Positions 13,686 to 25,788 of a DNA stretch of 64,000 nt are shown here, one piece after another. Source of the stretch: Lobosporangium transversale (lineage: Eukaryota); NCBI RefSeq assembly GCF_002105155.1, contig NW_019029018.1:124001-188000 (forward strand). Direction: 5' to 3'. Each line of letters starts with the position of its first letter. Within the stretch, counting starts at the first letter, position 1. Below the pieces are notes generated by a model that saw only the letters and a program-made list of their open reading frames with translations, had not been told where the DNA came from and ran no database searches. The translations under genes and the position numbers were made by a program.

Positions 13686-14119
13686 AAAAAAAAAAAAAAA
13701 AAAAAAAATAGAAAAAATAGAGTCATTAGCTTTATACTTTTTCGTCCAAGACGAGTCTAATAATTAATTAAAACTGCTCTGTTGATGGGCAATCATTCAT
13801 TGATAGACATTATCAATAAAATAAAATAAAATAAAATAAAGAAAAGATGGGAACACACGAGACAGTGGCGCAAGGGTCGGGGTAACTAAGGTGGACAGAA
13901 GAGTAATATGAAGGGTCATGGTTTTAAGTCCCCTATTGTTCGTATAGTATGGCATACTAGTACCGCGTACCAAAATTGCAGAAATAGAGGCCTTTTTTCC
14001 TTATTTTTTCTGATACTAACGCAAGAATTGGCATTCACAAATAAAGCTGCAAGTGATACTAACACAGACCTGACTCGCATAATTCCCATGGAGAGCGATA
14101 CTAAAATCTTGTTATCATG

Positions 14120-14150
<31 letters not shown>

Positions 14151-14567
14151 GGTCTATGGGAAATGAAGTTCAATATTTATTGTCCTTTTTGAAAAAGCAG
14201 GACTGAGATGGTACTACACATCGATGTTAGCCAGCATCTCTTCCTTGCAATACACGGAAGACATGGCATTTCTAGATGTTTTGACCGAGATTTCTGCTTA
14301 TTCACTTCTTTTCTTCTTTCCACTTTTGCTTCTTTATTTCTTTTATTACCACAAAAATGATTTTAGTATCGCTTAAGATTGGGTTAGTATATATGTATTG
14401 GTGCATCTTTATCTGTGAATGTTGGTTTTCTTGTGTTTGTATTAGTGCATGTTTGTTTGCTCATGTAGTACACCTGTACAGCACGTCCTGAAGAACTAAA
14501 ATCTGTGTGCAACAGTAAAATTTTTCAACTTTAGTACAAACAAGTCCAATATCAGTTACCGGTCCTT

Positions 14568-14599
<32 letters not shown>

Positions 14600-15910
14600 C
14601 CAGAGCATTCCCAAGTGCTATTACCCTAATAAGGAGAATGGGCCTCGCAGGCAACATGACTGGAGCGGGGTCTTCCACATCTAACCGCCTAGCAGCTACT
14701 AATAATTTACCTCCAATCGTTAGCGGAAATTCCACAAATTTAAGATTGTAGCTAGATATATATATATATATACCACTGTAAAATGCAACACCCTTCGTCC
14801 TATCTTTAAAAGAATATCCCTCACGGTGGGTAGCTATTAATATAGTGATATATCTGACTACCCTATCGGAATATAAACCTTTTGCAAAGTTGCTTGAGTC
14901 TTGTATATATATATATATATATCTATATATCTATGAGGCTATCGTCACCATGCATTAGGATAGCAGCTGCAATAGCAACAGTTTGGATCTTCCTCTACTA
15001 ATCTATCAATAATGAGTGATTTCTCAATAACTACCACGTGTGCATTACTAATGTGTCCCTTATACAGGCAAGGTTAAACTTATTTGGACGTCGGGAACTA
15101 TGGATTGAGTAGGACGAATGGTGAACTGCTCGTGAGAGGACTCATCAGTCGAACTAAGGGATCGATCCGTTGGCCTCCCTTTGATGACACGAGCTCAACC
15201 TAGAAGCTAAAAGACGTGAGATGGGATGCATTGTCCGTGGCTGCTGATCACTTCAAGGTCGAGGAACTGTATGGAAAAGACACTGCTGCCCAGAGACTCA
15301 TACCGATACCACTTTTGGTTAGTCCGTTACCAATTACAAAAGGTTTATTAAGTAGTAGACTTATAATTGACAAAGATCTCTCTAAAAGAGAGATCGGTAT
15401 GAGCCTCTACTGCTGCCATCAAAGTAGACTAAAATAAGAAAAGACAGACGAAGACATCATTATTAGTTTTTAAATAAAAAAAAAAAAAAAGCTGTGAATG
15501 CATGAATGCTTAGACGATCGAGCGAATAGGAGGTCGAATTTCGCATGTCCGGACGGCAGTCGTTCACCATGAAATCGTTCGGATAATAATAAAATAGTAT
15601 TCTAAACTTCGAAATTTTTTCCCATCGTTACGAAGTAGCTGAACAGTCGTGTGTCGTCCGGAAATACAATGCAAAATAAGTTTGACTACAGACATTGAAT
15701 TAACGTCTCAAGATGGAAATTTAACCAGAACCGGGTATTTCTTTAGCCCATCCATCATTGTCAAGCCCCTTTTTATTCCTTCCTCTCCTCTCAAACAAAT
15801 AAAGACGTCTTGTCTCTGTTGTTCTTTTTTTTTTTTTATTTTTATATCTCTTCCCACTCTTTGATTCCCATTCTATTTTACTCCTTCAACACAGTCGTGC
15901 CTATCTAGCC

Positions 15911-17933
15911 ATGTCCACTGCAGTGACCCCCGTCTCTGGATCGAAGGCCTCGCCCGTCCTTCCTATCAATCGTCTACTCTCTCTTCTTGGTTCCCTTAGT
16001 GACAACAAAAGCGCCAGTATCAGAGGTCGTGCCCTTAAACTCATTGGTAGTTTATACTTCATCTTTATCCTTTACAAGTATCGTCGCTCGGTCTATGGAG
16101 TACGCCCTCGTCCCGAAATTCCAGGTCCTCCAGGCCTACCACTCGTGGGTAATCTGTTTGGAGCTCTGTTTAAGAGAAGAAATCAAATGTTGCAATCACA
16201 TGTAGCGAACCATGCGAAATATGGTAAAATATATACGACCGCGGCCCCTGGTGTTGGTCGACAAATCCATGTTATAGAACCAGAGATCTTGGACCATGTC
16301 TTACGAGTCAATTTCTGGGCATATGAAAAGGGCCCCAGCGCTAGGATCAGTTTGGAGCCTTTAGTAGGAGCAGGTGAATATAGACATAGTTACAGCTTGC
16401 TTTACAGAAAAAAAAAAAAAAAAAAAAAAAAAAATTAGCTCTGACCCGAACCGGCATGAACGTATTTCATGAAATTGAAGGAAGGTCTTAATTTTTTTTT
16501 TTTTTTTTTTTTTTTTTTTCTTTGAAAAAAAGGCATTTTCAGTGCAGATGGCGAGCACTGGAAGTGGCAGCGCAAGTTGGCAAGCAATATCTTTTCTGTC
16601 AAAGCTTTCCGTCTATATACTTCGGAAGTATTTTGTCGCGAAGCTCACACTGCTATCGATTATCTTAATAAGCATGTCGATTCTGGAAAAGTTGTCGATC
16701 TGCAACAACTATTTCACTGCTTCACTCTTGGTAAGAGAGAGGCACCAATCAAATGACCTTTGTATTAATTTTGCTAATCATTTTAGACGTAATCCTGGTT
16801 TTGTAGATCAATGTCTCATTCTCATTTATTTCTTTCCTTTAATGGGACCGGTGATAGATTCTTTTGGTGAAATCGCTTTTGGTCAGTCCTTTGGCTGTCT
16901 AAAGGATCCGGAACATCCAACCGAATTTGCAACTGCGTTCGATCGTCTCACTCATCTTCTCGCTGGCAGATCTGTAACACCACTTTGGGGCATCAAAGCC
17001 TGGTTGACAGGTCGATCAAAACAAATTGCCAAAGACAGTAAGTTTGTCCGACAGTTTGCTCTAAACATGATTTATGAGCGACGCAATAGCCAAGCATCTT
17101 CGCCTGCAGCAAAACACCAAGATCCACGCCAAAAGGACCTCTTACAACTATTCATGGACATGGGTGATGATGATGATGTTGAAGAGGCTGCGAAGCTCTC
17201 GGACGATATGCTTGTGGACAGTGTCCTCAACTTCCTCATTGCTGGCCGTGATACGACCGCACAGTCACTTGCTTGGACATTCTATCTCATGCACCGTACA
17301 CAGGCAGGACCAGAGATTGTCCAAAAGTTGGTCAAGGAAACAAACGATATCTTGGGTGGAGGGGAGCCAACTTATGAGAGTACCAAAAAGCAAAAATATG
17401 CCGAGGCTTGCTTCTATGAAGCATTGAGGCTTTACCCTTCGGTCGCCAGAAATTCCAAGGTCTGTGTTGAGGATGATGTCCTGCCTGGTGGCCTCAAAGT
17501 GTACAAGGGTGAGCGTGTGGCATGGAGTTCATATACCATGGGCCGCTCGACTCATATTTGGGGCCCAGATGCAAATGAATATAAACCTGAGCGCTGGATG
17601 AAAGGAGACAAGCCATCTTCCACCAAGTTTATCGCCTTCCATAGTGGTCCACGTACATGGTAAGACATTTTCTCAAGCAATCATTCAAAGCTTCATCTTC
17701 ATAGACTCTGACTGATTGAATCTCACATTCCTTGTTTTGCTTGTATGAATAGCCTTGGACAACAGTTTGCCACTATTGAAGCCATTACTATTATGTCTAT
17801 GTTGATCCAACATTTCACATTTGAACTCGTAGATCCTGATCACGATCCTGCATACCTGCCCTCCTTGACACTTCCCATAGATGGGGGTCTGCCCGTTCGT
17901 GTCAAACGTCGCGAAAACACCCTGGCTGCTTAA
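15911..17933 (+). CDS. Cytochrome P450 (CYP52/CYP86/CYP704-like, fatty-acid omega-hydroxylase type); exons 15911-16373, 16533-16730, 16858-17659, 17753-17933
   Basis: N-terminal TM anchor, PGPPGLPLVGN hinge, GIFSADGEHWKWQRK, I-helix AGRDTTA, EALR, PERW; heme motif FHSGPRT|CLG rebuilt across the last intron. Confidence 0.95.
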
Positions 17934-18205
17934 ACGTATTATTCATATCGATACATAGTAAAAGATTTCACAGCGATACAAACAGCGGTGTCTTGCGACG
18001 TCTTGCAATTGCAAAGACAAATGAAAAGGTGGTCGTGAAATAATTTAAATTGACAGATATTGCCTGTTATTGATTTGCATCAAAAGAAAATAAAAAAATA
18101 AAAATATGTATTCAAATGTTGCACTAGGATTATGCATGTATTCCCTGTAGTCTTTTAACTTGGAGATGCCAACAAACCTTTTTTTTAAAAAAATGATCCG
18201 AGGTG

Positions 18206-18416
18206 GAACTCCAGCACGCTTCGCAAGATCCTCACGGATGAGACAAGCCCCTATTGTGTGATAAGCTCGCCAGCATCGAACTGAACTGCAGTAGACTTCA
18301 GGACTCCCATTCCGATTGAAGGAAGCACATGTTCATCATAATCCAAACCAAGTCTCTGATAGATTTGGGGAAAGTTCTTGACATAGAGGGGTCAAGGTGA
18401 TCATATCCTTGAATCC
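18206..18416 (-). pseudogene. PHB1: Prohibitin-1 pseudogene fragment
   Basis: Minus strand translates [10 protein letters not shown] / [48 protein letters not shown] / REDLAKRAG. This matches the prohibitin core (LGxDYDERVLPSIGNEVLKxxVAQFDAxELITQR) but has a TAG at 18251-18253, deletions and frameshifts. Confidence 0.85.
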
Positions 18417-19218
18417 TTCTTCGGCGGATATCAAAAAAGAATAATTCTCAAAACAGTTTGTGTGATCTTAGTACCAGGCAAGAAAAGCTCCATTGTCTAG
18501 CGCTCTTCATCATATCATGGTCCATAGCTATGATAGTATTTATTGGCAATTGAAGAGTTATTACTGATCAAAAAAGGCCTTCAGGACATTTTTTTTTATT
18601 AAAATTAATCTAATAACAAACATATCGCCAATTTCATTTGGTCATGATACCTTATATTTTTAATCTAAAAACGATGATTGAATTGTTCTGGTGGCATTTC
18701 ACTACGTGACGGACTTGCAACAATACTCGTAACAAGCGAGCCAATTGGCTGCCAATACACTCGAAAGTATTCAAAAAATATAAGGTATCATGACCAAATG
18801 AAACGGGCTATACATACATATGTATTTAATAAATGTACAGTACATCATGCACATATTTATATATATATACTGTGGTTGAAAGCAGCTGGCTGTGGTGCAT
18901 TCTATACAAACGGGAGTAATGAATTGTCTATGGCAGTCCCCGCCAGAAAGTCGTCGACTAGTATATTTTTAAAATACTATCTTTGAATCATATTGGCTAA
19001 TTTGATTCAGTGGCTTATTGAGTGAAATGGAGGTTATTTTATCCAATTTAAAATTTTTGAAAATGTTTACATGTATAATATTCGTCGACGACTTTGTGGC
19101 GAAGGCTCTATTTGTTTTATTTTATTTTATTTTATTTTTTTTGCTTTGTTTCGGATATTTAAATTTTGCTTATCCCACCCTACTGCTGACTAATACAGGA
19201 AAGGACACTTGACACCGA

Positions 19219-19620
19219 TTAAGATATTGATTGCTGATTCTGTTGTCGTTTGCTCTTGAATGACGACCGAGTAGAAGAACCTCCATGGTTATGTTTGTTC
19301 AAATTCCTTTTCTCGTTGCGACGATGTTTCTTGACCGTCTTGACGTTAACACCTAGAGCACGAGCGAGGTCATGGTGATTGCTGTCATGTCCACTCAGCT
19401 CAAAGTTCTGCATCAGGAATGGGTTTCGTGGAGCGTTGTTGGCTTTAGAGGCTTTTATCCGCGTGATAGGAATTGCCTGAGCTAGTCCGGTTGATGCACC
19501 ACTAGAGGAGCTCAGAGTGATGATGGTCTGAAGAAGAAGGAATGTGAAAATACTGAGGATGAGGACTGGGCTGCGACCGCGACTGCGACTGCTACTAGAA
19601 TAGCTAACTAATGAACTCAT
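19219..19620 (-). CDS. Small (133 aa) putative secreted, highly basic protein
   Basis: Single ATG-started ORF with a hydrophobic stretch VLILSIFTFLLLQTIITL, a plausible cleavage at AQA|IP and a K/R/H-rich C-terminus; flanked by AT-rich UTR-like DNA. Confidence 0.6.
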   Translation of the reverse strand: MSSLVSYSSSSRSRGRSPVLILSIFTFLLLQTIITLSSSSGASTGLAQAIPITRIKASKANNAPRNPFLMQNFELSGHDSNHHDLARALGVNVKTVKKHRRNEKRNLNKHNHGGSSTRSSFKSKRQQNQQSIS

Positions 19621-19802
19621 GTTTGGGTATAAAGAAAGAAAGAAAAAAAAAAATCAAGCAATTGAAGGGAAGGAAATGAGAGACTGTACAGTATATAGAA
19701 TTATGAAGGCGTTAAGAGTAGAAATGAGAGTTGTTAGGATAAGATGGATATGATTGAGGATGTTGAAGAAGAGAAGAAGAAGAAATATTTTCTCTCCCTT
19801 AT

Positions 19803-19841
<39 letters not shown>

Positions 19842-20289
19842 AAGAGCAAGAGCAAGAAGAGTAAGGTGGAGAGATGATCCTCAAAAAGCGAGAAGCACGT
19901 TGTTCGCATGTCCAATTCACCAAACTTGACGTGCAAACGAAGAAATTAATTTTTTTTGAAAGTGTTTCACGATCATGTTTGAAACAACACCACGCTCCTC
20001 CTGAATTTTTTGTACCTTTTTGCAGGGTCCAAGCAAAACCTGAGACACTAATTGACAGTGACACAATAATGCCAAATCCCCGTCATTTGCTCCATCTGCT
20101 CTCCTTCAACATGGACAGTACATTTCTCCAAAAGCATTAGTGTGCTTTTAAACATTTTTTCCCCTTTCTGGGAGCAATTAGCTTTTTTTTTTTTTTTTTT
20201 TTTACTGACAAAGAATACAGTAGATAGATATATGCAATATAGCTTCTATATATTGCATGTATATAAAGAGATTGATCAAAAAATACAAA

Positions 20290-21714
20290 CTATTTACCCT
20301 GGATTGTCTGGATCAAAAGATAAAAGTTTAAGCTTAACAAAACAACGCTAATGATGCCCGAAATGATAACAAGCCACCATGAATTGGCAAAGTTATGGAG
20401 CAGGAGTTGTCGAGGCGCAGCAGCTTCGGACCCAATGTTTGCATGAGAATGGATGGCCGTAGATTCTGTGCGATGCTCTTCATTTGTAGGCACAGATGAA
20501 GTCTTCTCGTCCTCTTTGTATTGGAAGCCGTAAGTCAGTTCTCCAGGTTTGTCATGGTTATCCTCCACCGGAACGGTCATGCATCGTCCCATGCTTGTGA
20601 ATAAAACCAAAGGAACAACAGCAAACGGAAGTTGGATACTTAGAGCAACCTGGCTAGCCAGCAACAAATTAGACAACCCACTTTGGCCTTTGATGATGAC
20701 GATAATTAGGGCTGGAATGATGGCCAAGCAGCGAGTCAAGAGCCTGCGTACCCATGGCTTCAGGTATGAAGCACCCAAAAAGCCCTCCATAATAATTTGA
20801 CCCGCCAACGTCGCTGTCAAGGTAGAGGACTGACCCGCCATCAGCAAAGCAACTGCAAAAACATATCCAGCAGCCTTGCCCAGATATTGTGAGAGAAGAT
20901 GGAACGCATCGAAAAAATCTGCTAGACCTTCATTGTCGACTTCCGGAAACTTGTACTTGAAAGTGGCAGCAGAAACGATCAAGATCGCAGAGTTGACATA
21001 CAAAGCGAATGTTAAGGCGACAGTGGAGTCTACAAAAGTGTATCGAAGCGTGGTTCTAATGGTCGAATGCTTGAGTGATACTGCGCCCTTGTCCTCGTCC
21101 AACATGGCCTGTCGTTGATCAGAAGCCATCAAATTAGATGTGGATGACATAGAAGCCTGACTGCTTGCCAACTTGGTCAACTCACGACTAGTTCGTAACT
21201 TGACAATGCTTGAGTGCAGATACAAGTTGTGAGGCATAACTGTAGCTCCAATAATGCCGATGGCCAAATATAATGCTCCCCTGTTCGTCAAGATCTCAGC
21301 ACTGGGCAGGAACCCTTTAAACACATCCTTGGCAACCGGTTGTGCATATACAATCTCGGCCGTAAAACAGACTCCAACACAGGATACCAGAAGGATAACA
21401 AGAGCCTCAAACAATCGCCTCGATTTTACGGATTGATCGTCTCTGAAAGCAAATAGAATGACTAGAACATCTGCAGCTGTGATGACAACGCCCCATGGCA
21501 ATGGAATCTTGAACAACAAATTGAGAGCAATTGCGCTTCCAATAACCTCTGCAAGGTCACAGGCAATAATGGCAAGTTCAGCAAGCACATAAAGGATCCA
21601 GTTGACATATTTTGGCGTAAACTTGCGGCATGCTTGCGCCAGATCTAATATCATTGGAAGAATAAAGATAAATCATTTATACTACGCCACACTTTACTAA
21701 AGGAATAACTCTTA

Positions 21715-21745
<31 letters not shown>

Positions 21746-22912
21746 GTCAATCTAGAAAAAAAAACTTACCCAGGCCTGAAACGACACCAAGCTTCACTGC
21801 CAAGCCTTGCAGAATAACAGCCATCAGATTTGACAACAGAATGACAAAAAGCAACATGTACCCAAAGCTGGAACCACCTGCTAGGTCAGTCGCCCAATTT
21901 CCTGGATCCATGTATCCAACGCTGATGACTATAATTACGAGCATTAAGAAATGTCAGTTAGGGTTCGGCATATGAATACTATTAATTTTTCATTGCATGT
22001 GCATCCTGCAAAAAAAAAAAAAAAAAGACACAAGAAAAAGATTCACGCACTGGTATGAGAACCTAATTTTTCTCGCGTGGTATCTTTTATAATTACAATC
22101 GGAAATTGGCACCTGAAAAGAGAACTTTCTCTGACAGTCCAAACCTAATTGGAGATGGTAAAGATTGATTGTCTGGATCGTGCCTCGACCAGTGAGATCA
22201 ACTACTTACTGTAGCCTGGACCAACAAAGCGCATGAAGCGCTTGAGCACAATAGCAATGCTCCGCAGCCGTGAGGGTTTAACAGGGTGAAGGCCATTAGG
22301 GTCTTGGCCTGCGGCCACATGGGTATCCAGACCATCGTAGCTGCTAAAGTGAAGTGGGCGTTGTTGACGAGGGTCGTTCGATTGTCCAGATAGAGTCCTG
22401 TTGTGCATCCTGGGAGAGTGAGGTCCTTTGAGGTTGCCCCTATTATTTTCATTGGGCCTAGACCAAGGAAAAGATAGGCGAGACAACCATGATATCGGAC
22501 CTTGCGAATCATCTTGCTGACGCTGTGCCATATGATTCGCAGAAGTAGCATTTCTCATACTAGTCATAGACCGAGGAATGGTCTGAGCAAGCACAGAAGT
22601 GTCTTCTTCCTTTTTGGTTGAGTAGGGTGTGGCTACGGATGGAATCGAATTCGAATCCACCGCGGCCTTGTCTGGTCTACTTTGGCTATCTAGAGGCACT
22701 GGTGAGACCAGATCCACCTGCGAAGGCTGTGAATTGTCTTGGATACCACCAGAGGTAATGATTCCGTTTGAAGCTATCAAGGCCTTGTCTTTCTCAAGTG
22801 TTTCGTGAGAGGACTTTATGCCAGCGCGGGACTGAGGGGGGGTCTGTTCAAAGGGCAGCTGAGCTCGTGGTCCATGAAGGTCCAACTGCTCATCAGGTGA
22901 GGGCAGATTCAT
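20290..22912 (-). CDS. SMF1: NRAMP/Smf divalent metal transporter; exons 22912-22210, 21928-21770, 21644-20290
   Basis: [21 protein letters not shown] (DPGN), [13 protein letters not shown] (MPH) and [19 protein letters not shown]; long disordered N-terminus. The exact Smf paralog is uncertain. Confidence 0.95.
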
Positions 22913-23711
22913 GATGGCGAATGGGATGTGAAAGAAAGACAAGAGGTGGGAATGAAAGGAATGGAATAGAAGGAATAAAAAGGATGGCAATAAAAGGAGT
23001 GGGAAATGAAACGCCCTCTTCCAAGTCTGTCATAATTTTAATAAGGACCGTGCCAAAAAAAAAAAAGAAAAGAAAAGAAAAAAAAGTCTTATAAAAGCGT
23101 CTTGTCCCGTTGGTTCCCGGTCGGACCCTTTTTCTGACGGTCTGATTGCATCAATCAGGCGATATTTCTGTTCATGTTCAAATGCATCACCACAGCGATC
23201 GTTTTTATTGGTGAATAAAAAAATGCAATTGTTGTATTTATGCCTCTATTTGAAGGAGAAGCTTGGACAGCGACAGACAAGGACCAATGTCTCATTGTCT
23301 AATCCGCGCCTGTACTTTCAAACAGATGAAGTCAGATCCTCTACATGATCTGAAGCTTAATTTCACTAACAGAAGACCTTTGCCCAGCTTTACTTAACTG
23401 TCTGCACCCTCCTGAAAATCTGTTCACCGCCTTCACCGCTTTGGTCCTGCCTCATTGCCGGCCCAGATACGATCTCAGTACCAATCTTAGCATCTGTACC
23501 AGTGCAGATGTCTTTAATATCCTTAAAAGCATTGAAAGAGGCATGAGAAAGAATAATAATAAATGCGATTCTTCACGCCATCACATACGTCATTTTTTTT
23601 TTTTAGTATTTGAATAGATTCATGGATCGTCGATAGACTCAGAAATCTACGAGCTTCCATTAACACTTTACTAAAATACCAACAGCCTTCCGAATTCCTA
23701 AATATATCGAT

Positions 23712-25609
23712 ATGGCTATGGATCAAGTTGTTCGTGATCAAGAGGATCCGATCGAAGATGAGGAGGTGCAGTCTAGTGTCACTAGAATCACCTTCACCCC
23801 TACACTTCTGTAGCAAGCATCCCTTTCCCACGAATCTAACAAGAACTCTATTTCTTTTATTGCTCTTATCGGTCATTATAGGAAATCTTCTTCACAGGTT
23901 CAAATATCATCGTCATTAACTGCTCTTGTTAAAGATATACACGCGTTTGGACAATGATTGCTCCAGCAGCAATTCAGAAAATCTAACCAGAAACGATTTA
24001 TGTAAAATTAGAAATTGACGAGCTTCAAAACCATGGCATAAATGTGGCCGATATCAACAAGTTGAAACAGGCTGGCATATGTACCGTACAGGTAATATCA
24101 GTAAATAGCAGAGTAGTGGTCGACTTTCCCTTTATTTTGTTAGCAAGTGGTTTACGGACCATACTTTGTGTGTCAACAAACGATGCAGTGTATCCAAATG
24201 ATGACCAAGAGAACCCTCTGCCGGATCAAAGGATTTTCTGAGGTGAGTTTAATCCACAACACTCTAACTGCAGCTTCATTCTTCATATTGAGCATTCCGG
24301 CTATGCCTTGGATATCATCCTTTATCCTAGGTCAAGGTTGACAAGCTTAAAGAAGCGGCATCCAAGCTTCACAGCGTATCGTTTATTACAGGACTGGAAT
24401 ACAGTATCCAACGGAAGAAGGTCATAACAATTTCAACTGGATCCAAGCAGCTTGATGAGCTTCTTGGTGGTAAGCTCATGCGTACAGTTTATTCTCTCCA
24501 GTCTAGGTGTTGTTTAAAATGATCTATTATCTATTATTAAACTTTTGTGGTACGACAGGCGGCATTCAATCAATGGCTATCACAGAAGCATTTGGAGAAT
24601 TCCGTACTGGCAAGACTCAAATTGGTCACACACTTTGCGTCATAGCCCAGCTCCCAGTAGCAATGGGCGGTGGCAACGGCAAGGTTGGTTACAGTGCCTG
24701 TATCCCACACTTTAAGTGAAAGCATAAAAAAACGCTATATCCTTTTTATCCTTTTATTAGGCCGCCTATATTGATACAGAAGGGACATTTCGACACGAGA
24801 GAATCAAGGCTATTGCTGATCGATTTGGTATTGATTCCGAAGCAGCACTTGAAAACATACTCGTTGCCCGTGCTTACAACTCTGAGCATCAGATGGACCT
24901 TATTACCGAAATTGCTGCGCGTTTTGCCGAGGAGAAGGGCATTTTTCGTTTATTGGTATGGTGGGCATTATTATTGACGTGGATCAATATCCTGATAGTG
25001 TGAGACCTATCATTAAATATATGCTTACAACTTTATGAATCATCATAAATCTAGGTTATTGATAGCATAATAGCGCTGTTTAGAACTGACTTCTCAGGGA
25101 GAGGGGAGTTATCCGAGAGACAACAAAAGCTAAATCAAATGTTAAGTCGATTGATCAAGATCGCTGAAGAATTCAACGTCGCTGTGTATATCACAAACCA
25201 AGTGCAGTCTGATCCTGGTGCAGGAATGACTTTTATTGCAGATCCCAAAAAACCAGTGGGCGGCCATATCATGGTTCGAGAATTGACTGTCTTTCGGGCG
25301 CCTTTGTTTATATAGTGCATCCACCGATCTAATTGATCATGTGTGCGGTATGAAATTATTAGGCCCATGCCTCAACCACAAGGCTCTACCTCCGTAAAGG
25401 CAGAGGTGAGGAACGTATTGCTAAGGTATATGATAGTCCTGATGTCCCTGAGGCAGAAGCTCGTAAGTTCATTACTCTTTCCTTATTTTCGAACCAGCAC
25501 CAATAGTTAAGTAAATGGTTCATGTAGCGCGCACCATGGTATATCTAAAACGTCAACTGTGAAAATAGCATACGCCATCTCTTCTGGAGGAATTGTGGAC
25601 GTCAGCTAA
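23712..25609 (+). CDS. DMC1: Meiotic recombinase Dmc1; 10 exons (23712-23765, 23882-23897, 24012-24091, 24189-24242, 24331-24469, 24559-24683, 24761-24955, 25055-25273, 25363-25462, 25569-25609)
   Basis: Spliced product [49 protein letters not shown]...[21 protein letters not shown]...[18 protein letters not shown]...NQVQSDPGA...[31 protein letters not shown] and SDPGA are Dmc1-type rather than Rad51-type. Confidence 0.93.
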
Positions 25610-25788
25610 ATCAAGGAAATGGGTCATGCAAATGTCGTGAGTACCTTTTTTCAGCACGTGAATTAGGGGATCGCAGTCACAAAAGCAAACTTTTTTGAGT
25701 CTCTTTTTTTTTTGCAAACACATTTTTCATAAAATGAGAAGAGCAATGATGCTTTGAAAGCTGAAATAAATTAGTATACTTTTTAAGC

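Noticed and set aside
13683..13708. A-run fused to the kelch stop codon as a retrogene poly(A) tail
   Set aside because: The gene has multiple introns and similar A-runs occur throughout the window.
13858..13942. tRNA-like A-box (TGGCGCAAG) and degenerate T-loop
   Set aside because: No consistent cloverleaf, and the T-arm lacks GTTC and does not pair.
15085..15437. Coding-like intergenic stretch (…RWDALSVAADHFKVEELYGKD…)
   Set aside because: Interrupted by stops and no family recognised; it would need tblastx to assess.
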